Positions 49,177-63,271 of a stretch of DNA of 64,000 nt are shown in pieces (positions within the stretch are counted from its first letter, which is position 1; every line of letters starts with the position of its first letter). The translations under genes and the position numbers were made by a program. The DNA is from Lingula anatina (lineage: Eukaryota > Animalia > Brachiopoda), in the NCBI GenBank assembly GCA_051362555.1, contig CM120648.1:3530587-3594586 (forward strand). The letters are read 5' to 3'. Below the pieces are notes generated by a model, which had not been told where the DNA came from, searched no databases, and worked only from the letters and a program-made list of their open reading frames with translations.

Positions 49177-52100
49177 TTAATGTTGCATAATTCCGACAAA
49201 ACAGAAATGTTTTTAACGGCTCTGATGACGTTTAAAATTTTGATTTATAGTCCCGTAAAAGATGGGTCTATATTGCTTTTGCATTTTATTTCAGCGCCTT
49301 GTTTTTAAGTGTTCTGTATGTTGATGAGATACAGTAATTAGCATGCTTATTTATTCCATGGGCTTTTGCTCAGTCTTGGTAAGGACTAAAAATGTTAATA
49401 ACGAATGTATGTTGATGTACATTTTTTCTGAAGATTTTTCTATCGCATAGTAAACGAAATTAGAAAGTATACGTACATGCAGTTAAGAACCTACAGACAA
49501 CCTACCTTGTGTAGGAGACAAAAAGAGTATAATACGACTTCGACTGCGACCGTGTCACAACCGTTCTCCTCTATCGCAATCGGTTTAGGTTGGCAACTTT
49601 TCAGAGTGCGCTTTGCTTGCCTTATCACAATCGGTTATGTTCAAGCAGCGCGACTCTATCTTTGTCAGTTGAGCAGACTGTCAGTGATTCAGAATCCCCT
49701 ACAGATCGCCGTGCTTACGCAGTCTAGTCCATAAGACCAATTGCGCGCGCATCTCTATATGGACTGCAGAACCTACGCGAGTAAATAAAATCTGAAAAAT
49801 TGCCTGCAAATATATTGAGGAACAACTAGATAACGCCAGACGGCAATGGATTTTCGACAACTTCCTTAGATAACATGACGATGTTCACATTCATATACAT
49901 GTAGTTGTCAATTTGAAGGCACTTTCCGCATTTACAGAAGCACATCACGTTTTGACTGAAACAGTCGATTATACTGTAGTGTTGAAACATAATGGGTGTT
50001 GGCATATTGTCATTACGAGAGGACACTTAGTCTAACTGGGGTGTTCTGACTAACTTTTTCCGTGTCAAACTGGCTCCGATACTTCCCAAAGACCACACAC
50101 ACACACACACGCTCATACACATCTATTTTAAGGAAGATTCGTGACTATCTAGTAAATTTTAATCAAAGGTTTCGGACAATCTTTCAAATAAAAACAATAG
50201 ATATAGGTGAATGTGGTAGGAAAAAAAGCACCCAAGTGCACCGTAGTAAAACACATATTACACTGGGTCGGTCGCACTTGGTTGAATGGGCTAGGTTGTT
50301 TACTGAGGTTATTGTCTGATATGTCTACTAGTAATTGGTGCATCTATGAATACTTCTGTCTTATTGATGACAACATTTTAATCGAAGAATAAGCTGCTGG
50401 TAGTGAGTCGATCAATACAAATAAAAAGCGTGCTTAAACAACAAAAGTGAAATGCTCATATGAATTATTTATTGTGCAAAACTGCGTGATTGATTGGAGT
50501 TAGGAGAAAGAGTGAATGTTTTATAATAATAGATCCAACAAGTTCTATTATAATTCGCAAAGCGTTTTAGAAGCCGACTCCTTTTTGCTTCGGAGGACTA
50601 TATGGCATGTTGTTATTCTAAAAACCTTTTTTTTTAGCTTTGTGTAATATATTTATTAGTACGCAAATGAGATAAGCAATACGAAGCGCCTTTAAGAATT
50701 AAACAGTAGAGAAAAAATGTCAGGCACAGCGTACCTTAGGGGTCTGTATACGTTATTTTGCCATCAGACGATCTCGTTAGTCATGGTATCTTAACAGGTA
50801 GTTTGAGGAATAAAAATATACCAGGTACAGCAAACCATAAGGGGTCTGGTTACATATTTTTTTTCATCAGACGCTCTTGTTTGTAATGATGGATCTATGA
50901 CTAGCATGTTGGTCCCTCGATTTTGGTATAAATATGGGAAGATTTGCAGGCGATACATAAATAACCTAACAGTTGTTTAAAGATCACTTATATTCTTGTC
51001 CTGAATTTCAAAGAATATTAAGCAAACTACGAGTTTAGGGACCTTCATTTGCCATTTTCAAAAAGCTACATTCTGTATATCAAACGAATACGGCGTTGTC
51101 AGAAAAGTTTGTTAATGACAATGTTTCTATGTTTTAAAAGTTCAAGCCAATTATTTTTTAGTCTGCTGGATTACTTGGTTGTCGGGTCTTCGGGTACTTT
51201 GCGAAAGGCTGTGTAGACGGCGAAGATACGTGGGAAATATCTACTGACTCAATTCCCTATCCTCGTGTTTATTTCTCTCTTTGTATATCTATTGATTAAT
51301 CAAGAATTTCTGTCTTTGGAAAGACGGAACGATACTTGTTTTTTTTTTTTTTTTTTTTTCTTTTTGCAGTAGTTTTGGTTTAAGTATCGCTCACTTTTAA
51401 ATGTCTATAAGAAGTGGATTTCGCGCTCTTCCAGGTAGCCTACCTCAATAGTGACTCTATCGTGTCGGTGCAAGAAAGTGGCTGTACTGGTATATTCCTC
51501 TTCAGTCAGAATCGAACTTGATTAACCAGCGTGAAACTTTTTTTATAATACGTAACACAAAGTACAGCTGTGCACAATACCTTTTAAACGCATGTAAATT
51601 ACTACCACTAGTTTCAGAGCCTAAAAATAACCCTAATTAAGGTTATTGTAACCCTTTATTATCAATCAGATACCGAAAATGAGATTTTTCCTGCATCTAA
51701 TTATTCATTAATACATCTATCTTTGTGCTGATTTAAATTTATGAAAAAGCCCTAGAAAATAAAAAGTATCGGCGTTTATATTTTTTCGTTGCAATGTATA
51801 AGCATAGGCAACTCACAGCTTTAATTGTCATTTTAACACCTTTCTATTTTGAGGTGAGATAGCAAACGGTATGGGGCGTAACTTAATCCCTGAACAAGAT
51901 TTTATCACGAAAATTGGCATATTTGATCAGGAGTGTACGTTCTACAATACCGTGCCGTCATTTTGGTTTGAATATATTTGTTATGGAGTTAACAGATTTT
52001 CATTAGTGAAAGGCATTATTTTGCTTTATAAACGATAAAATCTGAATTAATACTTTTTAGAAAAATCGCTGGCAGGGTTTTGGCGTACTTGATGATTTCA

Positions 52101-53980
52101 TTAAATCGGCGTTGGAACGCTGATCGTGGGTCCTCAGGTAAAAGAGAAATTTGAGACACCAATTTTCAGAGTTTACCCCAAAATCACAATGATGACGTCA
52201 CCTGTAAGATGACATATGTGTAACTGTTAATGAATATAGTCACTGAACACTGAAGATCTGTTTATTACACAAAAGAATGTATGTAAGGCAGTTAATAGGA
52301 ATTTTGGGCGAAGGGTAACAATATCCTTAATCACTTTATAAGCCGGAAGTCTTGTCTCAAAATGAAACAAACGAAAGGAAATATAGCTAAAAGAAACACT
52401 GTGGTATTTTTTGAAACTGTACTGTATGAAGGCATTCGATGGGGTTAAGTGTCAATAATTTGGCATCACTTTTCACTTGATATGCATCTTTAAAAAAAAA
52501 ACATGGATTATCTGAAGAGGCCTCGGTACTTACTCCAACAAAACGGTCACAAATAACTGTTTACCATTGTCCATGGGAGACCAATTATAGAAACAACAGT
52601 CTATGTTAAAAACAGTAGCTTCGTCTCGGTGGAGTATGATTTATGATTATCATACAATTGTCGTCCACGGGGACCATTTTTGTTAAACAGAACTCTACCG
52701 AGGCGTTGTTAAAAAGAGTAGTTAATGTTTGGGGACACTTAGGCGTGCAAAGTAGTTGCATACATCTACGCCTAATTCAGTTTTCATGTCTAATTTCATG
52801 TCATTTTGTTTTCCACTTAGTATGGATTTTAACATTAGAAAAGTCATTTAGAGAAGAACAACAAGTAATAAATATTGCATTTAGACATTAAGTGACAGCT
52901 ATCTCGTTTTCTGCCTCTGTCTAAATTGTCAGCCTTTACTCAGGCCGTTCTATCAAAAAAACGATGTCCCTGGCGATTGATTGAAGATAACGTAAGTCTG
53001 TATGCCTGTAAAGGATAGGCATCACATTGACCGCGCATTGATACGCTTAACTGGCCGCATCAGATGGCATTTAAGCCAGCGGTACTTTAGACACGGATGG
53101 AGTAGATGAAAATGAACCCTATTGTACATCTACTGGAAAGGGACACGGAGGTAGTTTATGAACTAGTCTGAAGGTCGACGACTGAATGCTTTTGGCCGTA
53201 ATTTGATACTGTACCACATGTTAAAAAAGTCAATGCTATGTATTCAGCTCGATCTTAATTGCTTCAAAATATGGCGCAGTTGACATTTAAAGAAGACACA
53301 GAACAGAAATAAAGACTGGATTTAAAAAAAATCCTTTTCTTGTTAATTGCCCCTCGTAGATGATGCAAATTTATTTGACATGCCTTACATGTACAACACA
53401 GTTTAAAAGTTTTGATCGAGTTACACTCCACTCTAATAGACCGCTTGGTGAGACTTGGCAATATTTCTTCCTGTAAGTAACTTGTGTTTTGCCAAATTTA
53501 TTTCCTTATGACTTAATGTTAAGCTGCATTGGTTAAGCTGCCACTGAAGGGGCATAGTTCACGTCATGTACATGTATGACGACACGGCAGTTGAGAGCGG
53601 TCCAAAATAGCCCCAGAATGTTCTTTCATTAAATACATATATCTGGAATATATGTTTTTCTATGTTCTGTACACACCTACCCAGAAGACTTTAATGATTC
53701 CTATCATAACATGCTATGGGTGAATTTCAGGGAGGAGTGTCGAATAAACCAGGAAGTAAACATGTATATCGAATGACTTTTGGAATCTTTCATGGGGTAA
53801 ATTGCTTCTATTTAATAACCCTGGCAGCCTTGGGTGACCGTGCGTTCGTAAAAATAGGTACGGGCGGATGGTGAGTTCACTGTATGGCAAATCCTAATTA
53901 TTTCTCTTTAAGGTAAAGTTTAAATACACCTGTCTAGCACTGATATTAAGAAAGTTTTGGAGGACTTAAGGATTGCACCT

Positions 53981-54116
53981 CGTCAACATTGCTGTCAAAG
54001 TGGAATACCACATGGAAGTTTATTACCCACGGCACGGCAAGAACACGGAATGGCAAGAACTGATGCACTTTCAAAACAGCTGTATGTAGATGATGTACGC
54101 CCGCAAAGTAAATAGG
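53981..54116 (+). pseudogene. Possible decayed reverse-transcriptase fragment
   Basis: One frame reads QSGIPHGSLLPT...KQLYVDDV, echoing RT motifs G.PQGS and Y.DD in the right order, followed by a long T tract. Short and unconfirmed. Confidence 0.3.
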
Positions 54117-54128
54117 AAGATTTAAACC

Positions 54129-54171
<43 letters not shown>

Positions 54172-57100
54172 GAGAAAATATTTTATAAAGTCAGGCAGAA
54201 GCACTAATTCATTTATTGTATCTCTGCCACTGCAAATATATTGATAAATATGGTACGTGTACGTGCTACTAACTCCCCTTGGAACAGAGAGAGAGAGAGA
54301 GAGGTGTTTTTAGCGGACAATTAACGTTAATGGCGTAACCTGCAGTCCGTCACCAATATTTAATATTACAAAGCCAACAAATGTGCTGAAAAACATTATT
54401 GCGATGTGATAAATAACAAGACCACTTACATAATTAGATCTGCGTTCCGTTAACCAGTGTTGACTGATTGTTACAATCCTTTTATCACACTGCTTTCGGG
54501 GACGAAATATACGTCGAAATAACATTTTTTCTATCTCTACTTTTTAGTACTTTTAATATTGACTTTATAACGGATAACCACGACGTTTTTTTAAATTGCC
54601 GATGGTCTGCAGGATTCCCCACCTCCAACGCAATGCTCGCACACGTAACATACCCAGTAAAACTACTACTATTACTACAGGGCTCGACATACATGCACCC
54701 ACTGACGTTGCTTGCCAGACACAAGTGCTTTCTGCTACCGGACAACTAGCTATAGACTAAAATTCATGCTTGCCCGCAAACGCAAGGGACTTGCTAATGT
54801 ATCACTTGACCGAAGTAAACTCAGTGTTTTTTTTTTCAACGAGACGCAGAGGCATTGATTTTGGAGTGGGACAAGTAGATTTTCAGACCCAGGGCGAATG
54901 CCTGAAACTAGGTAAAGTCAGGCCATGCTATCCGTTTGATTACGCCTTTTGGATCAGGAACAGTTTTAATTTCAAAACCGCATCTAATTCAAAGCCATAC
55001 TGATACACTATCATTGCAATGCTAGATATCCCTCGAGAGTATAATTGCATTAGAATAATAAGGGTAATATTGTTATCTGGAATATGTTCATAAAAGTCTG
55101 ATGCATATTGGTTTTGTGTTGCATTACTAGACAGGAGCCAACTTTTTCAACAACTACATTTTACAAACCTCTTCAACAGGCTTGCAAAAACACTGCTCAT
55201 CCCACTACAAAACACAATAAATCGTATGAATAATGATTTTCGCATGAACAATTGGTGAGGAGAAATATTTATTGGACAGTATTGACTATAACACATTAAG
55301 AATGATTTTGAAATATACTTTGCATCTCCTGCAGGATTGCAACTTGTGTATGCCTTTTTACGTATTAGATGGGTGACTACGTCGAAGGATGAATAATGTA
55401 TGCACGTTTACGGAAAGTTTAAGCTATTTATTTTAGTCAATCTAGACTTCGGTACATAATTTGCATTCAGCATTTGGCGATCGATCTATTAAGAATCACC
55501 ATTTACGCCTCCCTATTCTCCTTATCCCACACGTCTTCAAGCAATTATTCCGAATTACGCTGCAATTGTTCTCAGACAAAATAAAGGCTCCCAGAAATCG
55601 AATCTTAATTATTGAAGTGATACGTGTCGATTTATTGTATGCATGAAGTAATGCAAAAAGCCTTTGTCTGGGGAATGACGCGTCAAAAGCTACGGGTTAT
55701 TCCAGTCAGGCTGGGTAACCTTAAAAGCACTACATGTTTTTCGTTATTTTCCTTTTTTTTTCTTTCCTCTTCTGTGCATGCTTACGCGTGCGTACTTGCA
55801 GTCTTTTGTTCAGCATGACGCTCTGAAAATGTGTATGTCATACTCGTGTCTGTTTAATGGTTCTAAAATGGACCAGTCCAGAAACATATTTCATTCATAA
55901 GTACTGTGATGACAAGGAGAATAACCCAAGATGACAGAATCTATTGTGATATGCTAAAATCGGCTAAAATTGCCTAGGCCGTAATGAAGGCCAATAATGA
56001 CATCCAGAAAACGGTATACATGTATAAAGCAGCGGGAGATGTCAATCAGACCAATCTACTTCTCGCGTTCAATGCACCTGTTTTATTTTGAATATATCTA
56101 CACTTTTAAATAGAATATTAGATCACATGAAAAGACTGCTTCATTAGAATTCTACTATTGTATGAAACAATTTGATAATAAAGCAGTTTCAGAAATCGTT
56201 GTGTTTGGGGGCATGTCCTCAACCACGGGCAAAATTACCTCTACCAGAGCCGCAGATTATTATTATGTGCATTTTTGTCTAATGCAGAAAGGTCCCAACA
56301 TTTAACTAGAGACATATCTGTGAATATCCAGTGAAAAATCAATCCTGGTGGAGGGTACGACAAAAGCTCTCTCCATGTACTTTTATCGAAACGCTGTAAA
56401 GAACGGACTATTGTATTAATCTGCCTGTATATTTGATCAAAATTGAGAGGAAACATGTGGTATAAATAAACATCAGGTTACTTTAAGCCGGTTACCACCG
56501 ACAAGAAAAAATTTTTTTAACAATGTAACAGTCACGCCGAGCAATTAGCGTCACAATTGATTTTTCTGCAACAGCCCAAATATAATACCTCTGGTTTTAG
56601 CTTAAAATGGTACCTTAACAAAATGGGCTGTACAAGGTGAAAAAATTATGGCAGCCGAGAAAGAGTCAAAGGATTTGCTTTGTTTTTCATTTTTGACTTT
56701 TAAGTATGCAATTAATAATGTAGCAATGATAAAAGGTAATTTTCCCAGTACAAATTATTTCCATCGTAGAGAACGCATATCCAGGAAGCTTTTAGTCCAT
56801 TAATGTAAAATATCTTTCCAATATTTTTTAATTGAGATGTTTTGTGAAAATCACTCCAGGCTGAAGCATAAATTTTTGATGTGGGTTGATTATGTGCACA
56901 AATTGATAAAAAGGCAAAAAAAAAATCTGCTATACCGGGTTTAGATCAACACGGAAAAGAACGGTCTCTGTGACTAAGATACATTTTTAATATAAACGAG
57001 CCGTCGTTGGCAAAGGACCACTGTAATCAGTCCAACGAGGACGCGGAACGGGTCGCTATCTATGGAAGCTCATATTGCGCACGCCAACTTGATTGCAGAA

Positions 57101-57958
57101 AGAAATGATGACGAGTCAGATTCGGTCTAGCGTAGTCTAGTGTGAATACATCTGGGAATTGCTTGCTTTCACTTTAATCTGATGTGATGATATTTTTTTT
57201 TATTTTTAATGTTACTTATCAAAATCTCTTTCACTTCGTTTGTCAATACATGGGCTTAATGGCTTAATTATGGTTTTGGGTTTCATCAGTTTGTGGAATG
57301 CGATTCGGTGTTTGCTCTGATATGCTGGGAAATTAACATAAACCAGCAGTTCTGTTGTTCGAGCCGCGTCTAACTTGAAACCGGAAAATAATCAAAACTA
57401 ATTTGCAATTTGCATCGATAACGCAGAGACTGAATTTCGCATCAGATATGACCTTCCCACCGCATCAGATATAACCCCACCCCAACCCCGTCCCCTGTGA
57501 CTTTGGAGTTTGGAAAAGTTAAATTGATTCCAATTATAAAAGTTGCGTATTGGAAACGATGCGCAAAACCATATCCAGTTCCAATTGAATTAAATACCAT
57601 TGGACCGTGCTGTAAACCTGTGACGAAGTTCTTGTCTTTATCTTACGCAAGGTAAGAACTAAACAACTTTCATGTTCCCTCCTTTCTTAACTGTCACTTC
57701 CCAGCTACCTTATCTACTTTTACTTCCTCTCCCTTCAACCTCTTGCATTGCTCTCTCCCGTTTACATTATATATTCTCCGCTTAAGTACAGTGAGGTCAT
57801 ATCAATCAATTCAGTTAGTCTGTGAAACACTCCCCGCTTCTTATTCAACACAACAAAACCTAGTTTTTCCGCATTGCCACACAAGATCATGAAATTAATT
57901 ATAATAATAGTAGGAAAAAGAAAAATAGGTCAGACCACCATAAAGTTCTGACAGAGCA

Positions 57959-58182
57959 CCAATCAGAAATGTGGCTGACAGTAAGACAACACGGGTATAA
58001 AACGCTGGCGCTGTAAAAAGGACATCAATGCACAACCCCAGACACAAGGAGTAGGGGAAGCAAGCGGCTCACGAGGCGATGAAATGCTGTCGACGCAGCA
58101 CTGTGCCTGCCAGTAGAGAGAGAATCAGTGCGAGTGTCCGCTTCTGAACAGCCGCTGTAATAGAAAGGTACCGAAGGTATGT
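57959..58182 (+). promoter_or_regulatory. Putative CCAAT/TATA promoter and first, probably non-coding, exon of a gene continuing to the right
   Basis: CCAAT 57959-57963, TATAAAA 57996-58002, Inr-like TCA ~58025, GC-richer segment ending at donor AAG|GTATGT (58177). Candidate acceptor CTCCTGTTTTCTCCAG ends at 63943. Confidence 0.4.
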
Positions 58183-58881
58183 GAGCCAGCCTTTTTAACA
58201 GCACCAGGTAAAGTAACCCGAAATTGTGAGAGTGAGTGGCACCTCACAGGTGAAGCGCAAATGTTACGGTCATTCTTGGATTTCGCCGCATCTCAAGTGA
58301 TATTAGTACTACATGCACAGGTACGGGGTATATTTAGTCCGAGCATTATCTACAGCGTGCAATCTCTTCTTGTTACAGATCATAGCAGAACACGACTAGT
58401 TGTTAGAATAACTTGGAATAGGACCACAGATGAAGAAGAAATTGAAATTGAAAATTTAAAAACGTGCTCACATCGAGTGTTCCGAAAAAGTAAGTACAAA
58501 CTGACCCCGTGTGACAGGAATGGTAGTCCGCCAGTAACATTAGTTCTCTTCCCATTACTTTGTACAGGTGACATTTGTCCCATATACCAACCCCAATACT
58601 CCAACTTACCCTAACCTGTATTAATCATATGGGAACCCGTACTACCATACCTGTCACACCTAGGCCTACCTTTACAACTTTCAAAAGCACTTACATTCTA
58701 TAAAATTTAGCTGTGCCAAATGTTTCCAGGTATGCTTATAAACTTTATTTTTAGGATTTGTAGAGTTTAGGTCATGACCAGGACACGTACCAGTGTACAT
58801 CGTGTAATAAACCATAAGGGACACATCTATATGCAGTGTACTTCCTTGACCTTGTCATTTTTTTTTTTTTTTGTGCCGTAA

Positions 58882-59075
58882 GAGCGCATTCAGAACAACA
58901 GAATAACAGATCCGCGGATCAAAAATGGCCGACCCACTATAGAATGCTTGTTGCGTAATCCCCCGGGAACCCTATTTAGTGGCCAATCGGGTAATCGGGA
59001 ATTAAGCGACAAGCTTTTAAATTTGTCGCCATATTTGATCCGCGGATCTGTTAGTCCACTGTTCTGAATGCGCTC
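58882..59075. mobile_element. PIF/Harbinger-type MITE (family 4)
   Basis: TAA-GAGCGCATTCAGAACA..AACAGATCCGCGGATCAAA / TTTGATCCGCGGATCTGTT..TGTTCTGAATGCGCTC-TAA. Confidence 0.85.
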
Positions 59076-59743
59076 TAAGCCAGCAATACTGGTGTCGGAA
59101 ATCTGGTCAAACCATATCCTAGCACCCTCACAGTAAATGCTCCGTACTTGTAACCTGTTCATAATTGGGAACCATTTTTTTTTTTACTTGGTTAAGGCGT
59201 GTCACTCAGTTGAAAAAAAAATGACCAATGTATCAAAAGACATTAAAGAAAAATGTATTAATTAACCATTCACGAGAAATCACTCAAAGACTACACCCCT
59301 CAGTCCAATACGATTTAAGCAAAGGCATTTCATATACAGTCAGATTAACAAGTCTAGAAAAGGTTTATGGATTCCTTTTATTTGGCGGTCTACATGTAAA
59401 ATTAGTGTGGTTGGACGGAAGTACGTATATGTCTGTTACGTTTTAATAATTACTCCTTTCATTCATTTCTCCGGAACATCCAGCAATTGAACCGCTAATG
59501 TATAATTTTTCACAATCAATATAACATTATATCCAACGGTGTGTTGTTGCGCAAATTGAATAAAAAAACAATCTACGTGGTCCAAGTGATTATAGATCAC
59601 AGGTAATTGAATTAGTAACCACCGTGATATGGCGGAAGTATTCTCGTTTAAAACAATAACCAATACTGATCGCACAGGCGAAGTGATTGCTATAATGTCT
59701 AACATAGAATGCGGATTTGCCAGGTCAAGAGAAGTCGACCTGA

Positions 59744-59998
59744 AAACCCATTCCCAATGAAAAAATCGTTCTACGCAGATCTATCCAACTCCTCGCCGGA
59801 TATCTCGCCGGATATCTCGTTGGATACAACCGCATTAACCGATTAACACGCGTTGAGTAGAACACAGAAACCCTGGTGATACGGCGAGCACGTTTGAAAC
59901 AAGAGGATGCGTGTTAATCTGTTAGCCTGATTGCATTCAGAGAGAGTCCCCGCGGTACTGGAACGGTCTAGTCCGATAGTTTCATTGCGAATGAGCCC
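59744..59998. mobile_element. PIF/Harbinger-type MITE (family 1), degenerate left end
   Basis: Right end CCGATAGTTTCATTGCGAATGAGCCC matches the 21070-21278 copy; internal CTGATTGCATTCAG..AGTCCCCGCGG is shared with the 48911 copy. Confidence 0.7.
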
Positions 59999-60687
59999 CT
60001 ACTCCCTTGTAGTTACTCTACTAGAGAGCACTTGTATGGCAACTTTTAAAGCGACATTTAACTGTCGGTGGGGTCACTGACATCAAGTTTGCAGTGGCAT
60101 GCTAGTCTTTCAAATGCACATATCCAGAGAGATAAAAGATAAATGATGAACACACCGGATGACTGTATAAAGTTTTGTCACGTCTGTCATCTGATGCATA
60201 ACAAAATCGTTAAAAATGCTTTTAGTTTTCGCAAGGTTGCAGATTGCTTGGTTTGCTATATCATTAATAGCCAATAAGTCAAACAGTGCATCCTGAGTTA
60301 CATGTAAATGTTATTTTTTCACTGACAGCTCGCTCTTCTCCCAAATCAATTTATAATCTGAAACTTTTGTACAAAGGGACTCACTGGCACGTGTCGTTAT
60401 TGTGGTATTATACGCATATTACCAATGCTTAGGGTGACTGCGTCTTGTATAGAACTTGAGTAAGTTGAGGCTTTTTCTTTAAATTTCAATAAGACAGAAA
60501 TAGACAAAAAATAGAACTATGGCACACACACACACACAGAGTCTTAATGCTCTAGTTGGTAAACTAGGTAGCTCCTACCTACACATATACTGCAGGAGTG
60601 GATCCAGGATTATTTGAAGAGGGGGGGGGCGATTTATCATTATTATTATGACAGGTTTCGGATAAGAAGCCGACCCTCGGCCCCTTG

Positions 60688-60774
<87 letters not shown>

Positions 60775-61104
60775 TTTTTGGAGGGGGGGGGGCAAATAGT
60801 GCCATTTTGTACGTTTTAGAACTATGAATCAGATAGTCAAAATTTTGATTTCAAGAGAAGAAAATTAGTGTGTGTGTGTGTGTGCTCGTTTTTTCAGAAA
60901 CCTGTAACTCCGCCACTGTATGACGTGGTGTTATGGCGGGAAAGCCACTGAATTAATTTAAATTTGGTCGATTTTATTGATAAAACTTCCCGGAACGTTC
61001 CTAGTTAGATGACTTCAGATGCTTTTACTTTCATTTTGTTTTACACCGAGATTACTGAGATTACGCTGATTTTGACTCCACCTGTGACGCTATAGAATCA
61101 AACC

Positions 61105-61236
61105 TACCCTCTACCACGGCGGCAGATATTATAGGCACATTTTCCACCAGCCACAGTTAGAAGATTGACCATATTTAGCCCGACATTATCTGTGAATATC
61201 TAGTGAAAAATCAACCTGTGGCCCTGGTAGAGGGTA
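61105..61236. mobile_element. ~130-bp MITE (family 2)
   Basis: Perfect TACCCTCTACCA / TGGTAGAGGGTA TIRs. Confidence 0.78.
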
Positions 61237-62979
61237 GGACAAACCATTAACAACGGCTCTAATGTGGGCCTATGATCGTACTTACACCGCACATCAGCTG
61301 ACTGAAGGAAAAGTTTGAGATGGACCAAGAGAATGGAAAAGGGGAACACTTTATAAATCCCCCCCCCCCCCCTCCAATTTGTTTTCACAATTTATCCCCT
61401 GGCCCCAACTGATATGTAATGAAGATGTTTATTTGTAATTAAATGAAGTTGGATTGTACCATAATAAAACTATTGACATCTATACAATTCACTAATCCAT
61501 TAAGTAAAATTAAAGCTGTTAAACGGTTATTTATTTGTGAAAGTGTTTAGATTTAAAATAGTGCTCTTTAATTGGTACAATGAAGATATTTATAATGCAT
61601 TTAAAATCATATTTTAAATCACACTAGAGGGAAAGCACATTAAACCTTAAAAGCATTTATTACCCACAGTGTAGCTGTGAATATGTAACAGTTCTTAGTT
61701 TGAGGACAGTATATTTTGCGTCTGATTTCCTTAATCAATTATCATGGGAAGTATGTGAACAGCGTCTATATATGCGCAATGTGCCTACAACGGGGTACCC
61801 TTTACCAGGGCCACGGATTAATTTTTTAAACTAGATATTCACAAATATCCTTGGCTAACCCATGACATTTGCTACTGTGTCCAACCAGCATTTTTTTGGA
61901 AATAATTTTAAATGGCCTCTGGTATAGAGTGATGTCCGAACATACCTGAGACCAAACATAAGATAGCAGTACGGTAGCTCCTTGCCATTACAGAGCGAGG
62001 CTGTTATAGTGAGAAATGACGACAGCAGTTTGGAGCTTCCGAACGTTTATTCACCGACTCTCGCTTCATACAACTTCACAAATATTTATATTCAATTTCT
62101 CCGTACTGATCACGCATTTACTTGTTTTCTTTTCCATTGTCTTTACGTGATTACAAAATATTTTCCATTCGCATGTTGCAAGTCACTATGCAACATTTCC
62201 TTATTAGGTAATCCCTAAGAAACTTGTTTTCAATTAAAGATATCTAAAATATTATTTGGATTACTCATGCTTGGACTTTATCCAAAACTCAGCTATCATG
62301 TGATAAATAGATGATCAAAATTATTATATGTTATGAAATTAACCAATCACATTAACTGTTACTGACTTTGACCTTTTCCATCTTTTTCTGACACTAAAAA
62401 CATGTTCTACACTTGTTGACTCTTGGAGAAACTTAACTTACACTCAATAACTATCTGTCCTTTTACTCTTTTGATTCCGCTTTAATTGTTATCTGTAATT
62501 AGTAAAAGTGTAAGTAATTTGCTTTACAACAGGCATAAAAGGAATAATAACTCTTCACGTGGTATTCGAAATTCCACAATACATCAACTTACTTTGAATG
62601 TGGAAATAGATTCATTAACCTTTGGAAAGTATAGGTAAATTGCCATTTACGTCCAGGAAATCCTCTTTATCGCATGTTTTCCCCCAAAATGAACAGTTGC
62701 CATTCCTTGGAGTATCTATTTCTCTCTCCCTGTATCGCTCCCTGGAGTGTACATATGTTATTATTGGTATACTGTCTGTCCAGCTGAGCGCCACACAGTC
62801 TCTTAGCATCTTTATTAGACCCCTCACCGTGAATTCACTGGGTGGTCAGCCATCACCGCTCCACCACCACAGAGAGCAGACGGTTTGATTGTCTCCAGTC
62901 GCTCTTTAGTACCGTGTACAAGGTACATCGGCGACCAGCTTTATGATTGATTGATCGGTTAGGTAAGCTAATGGTAGTA

Positions 62980-63034
<55 letters not shown>

Positions 63035-63233
63035 GGGTAGGATAACATGACAGGAGCGGATTCAGAGATATTTTCTGACAGTCTTCCAAATGATCTTTGT
63101 TGCTCCGTTCTTCATTTTTGACCGTCTTCCGACAGAAAAAATTACATAGGCCTACCCGTCAATGTAAACTTGAAAATCTGACCGTCTTCTGGAAGACCCA
63201 GAAGACGCCCTGAAACCGCCCCTGACATGGGGA

Positions 63234-63271
63234 GTAGGGTAGGGTAGGGTAGGGTAGGGTAGGGTAGGGTG
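63234..63271. repeat. (TAGGG)n microsatellite
   Basis: Directly visible. Other simple repeats: (GT)n 734-775, (CT)n 12068-12128 and 36827-36866, (TAT)n ~14730-14777, (TA)n 60689-60756 and 62982-63030. Confidence 0.9.

Noticed and set aside
63234-63271. TAGGG array as a telomeric repeat
   Set aside because: The unit is TAGGG, not TTAGGG or TTAGG, and the array is short and interstitial.
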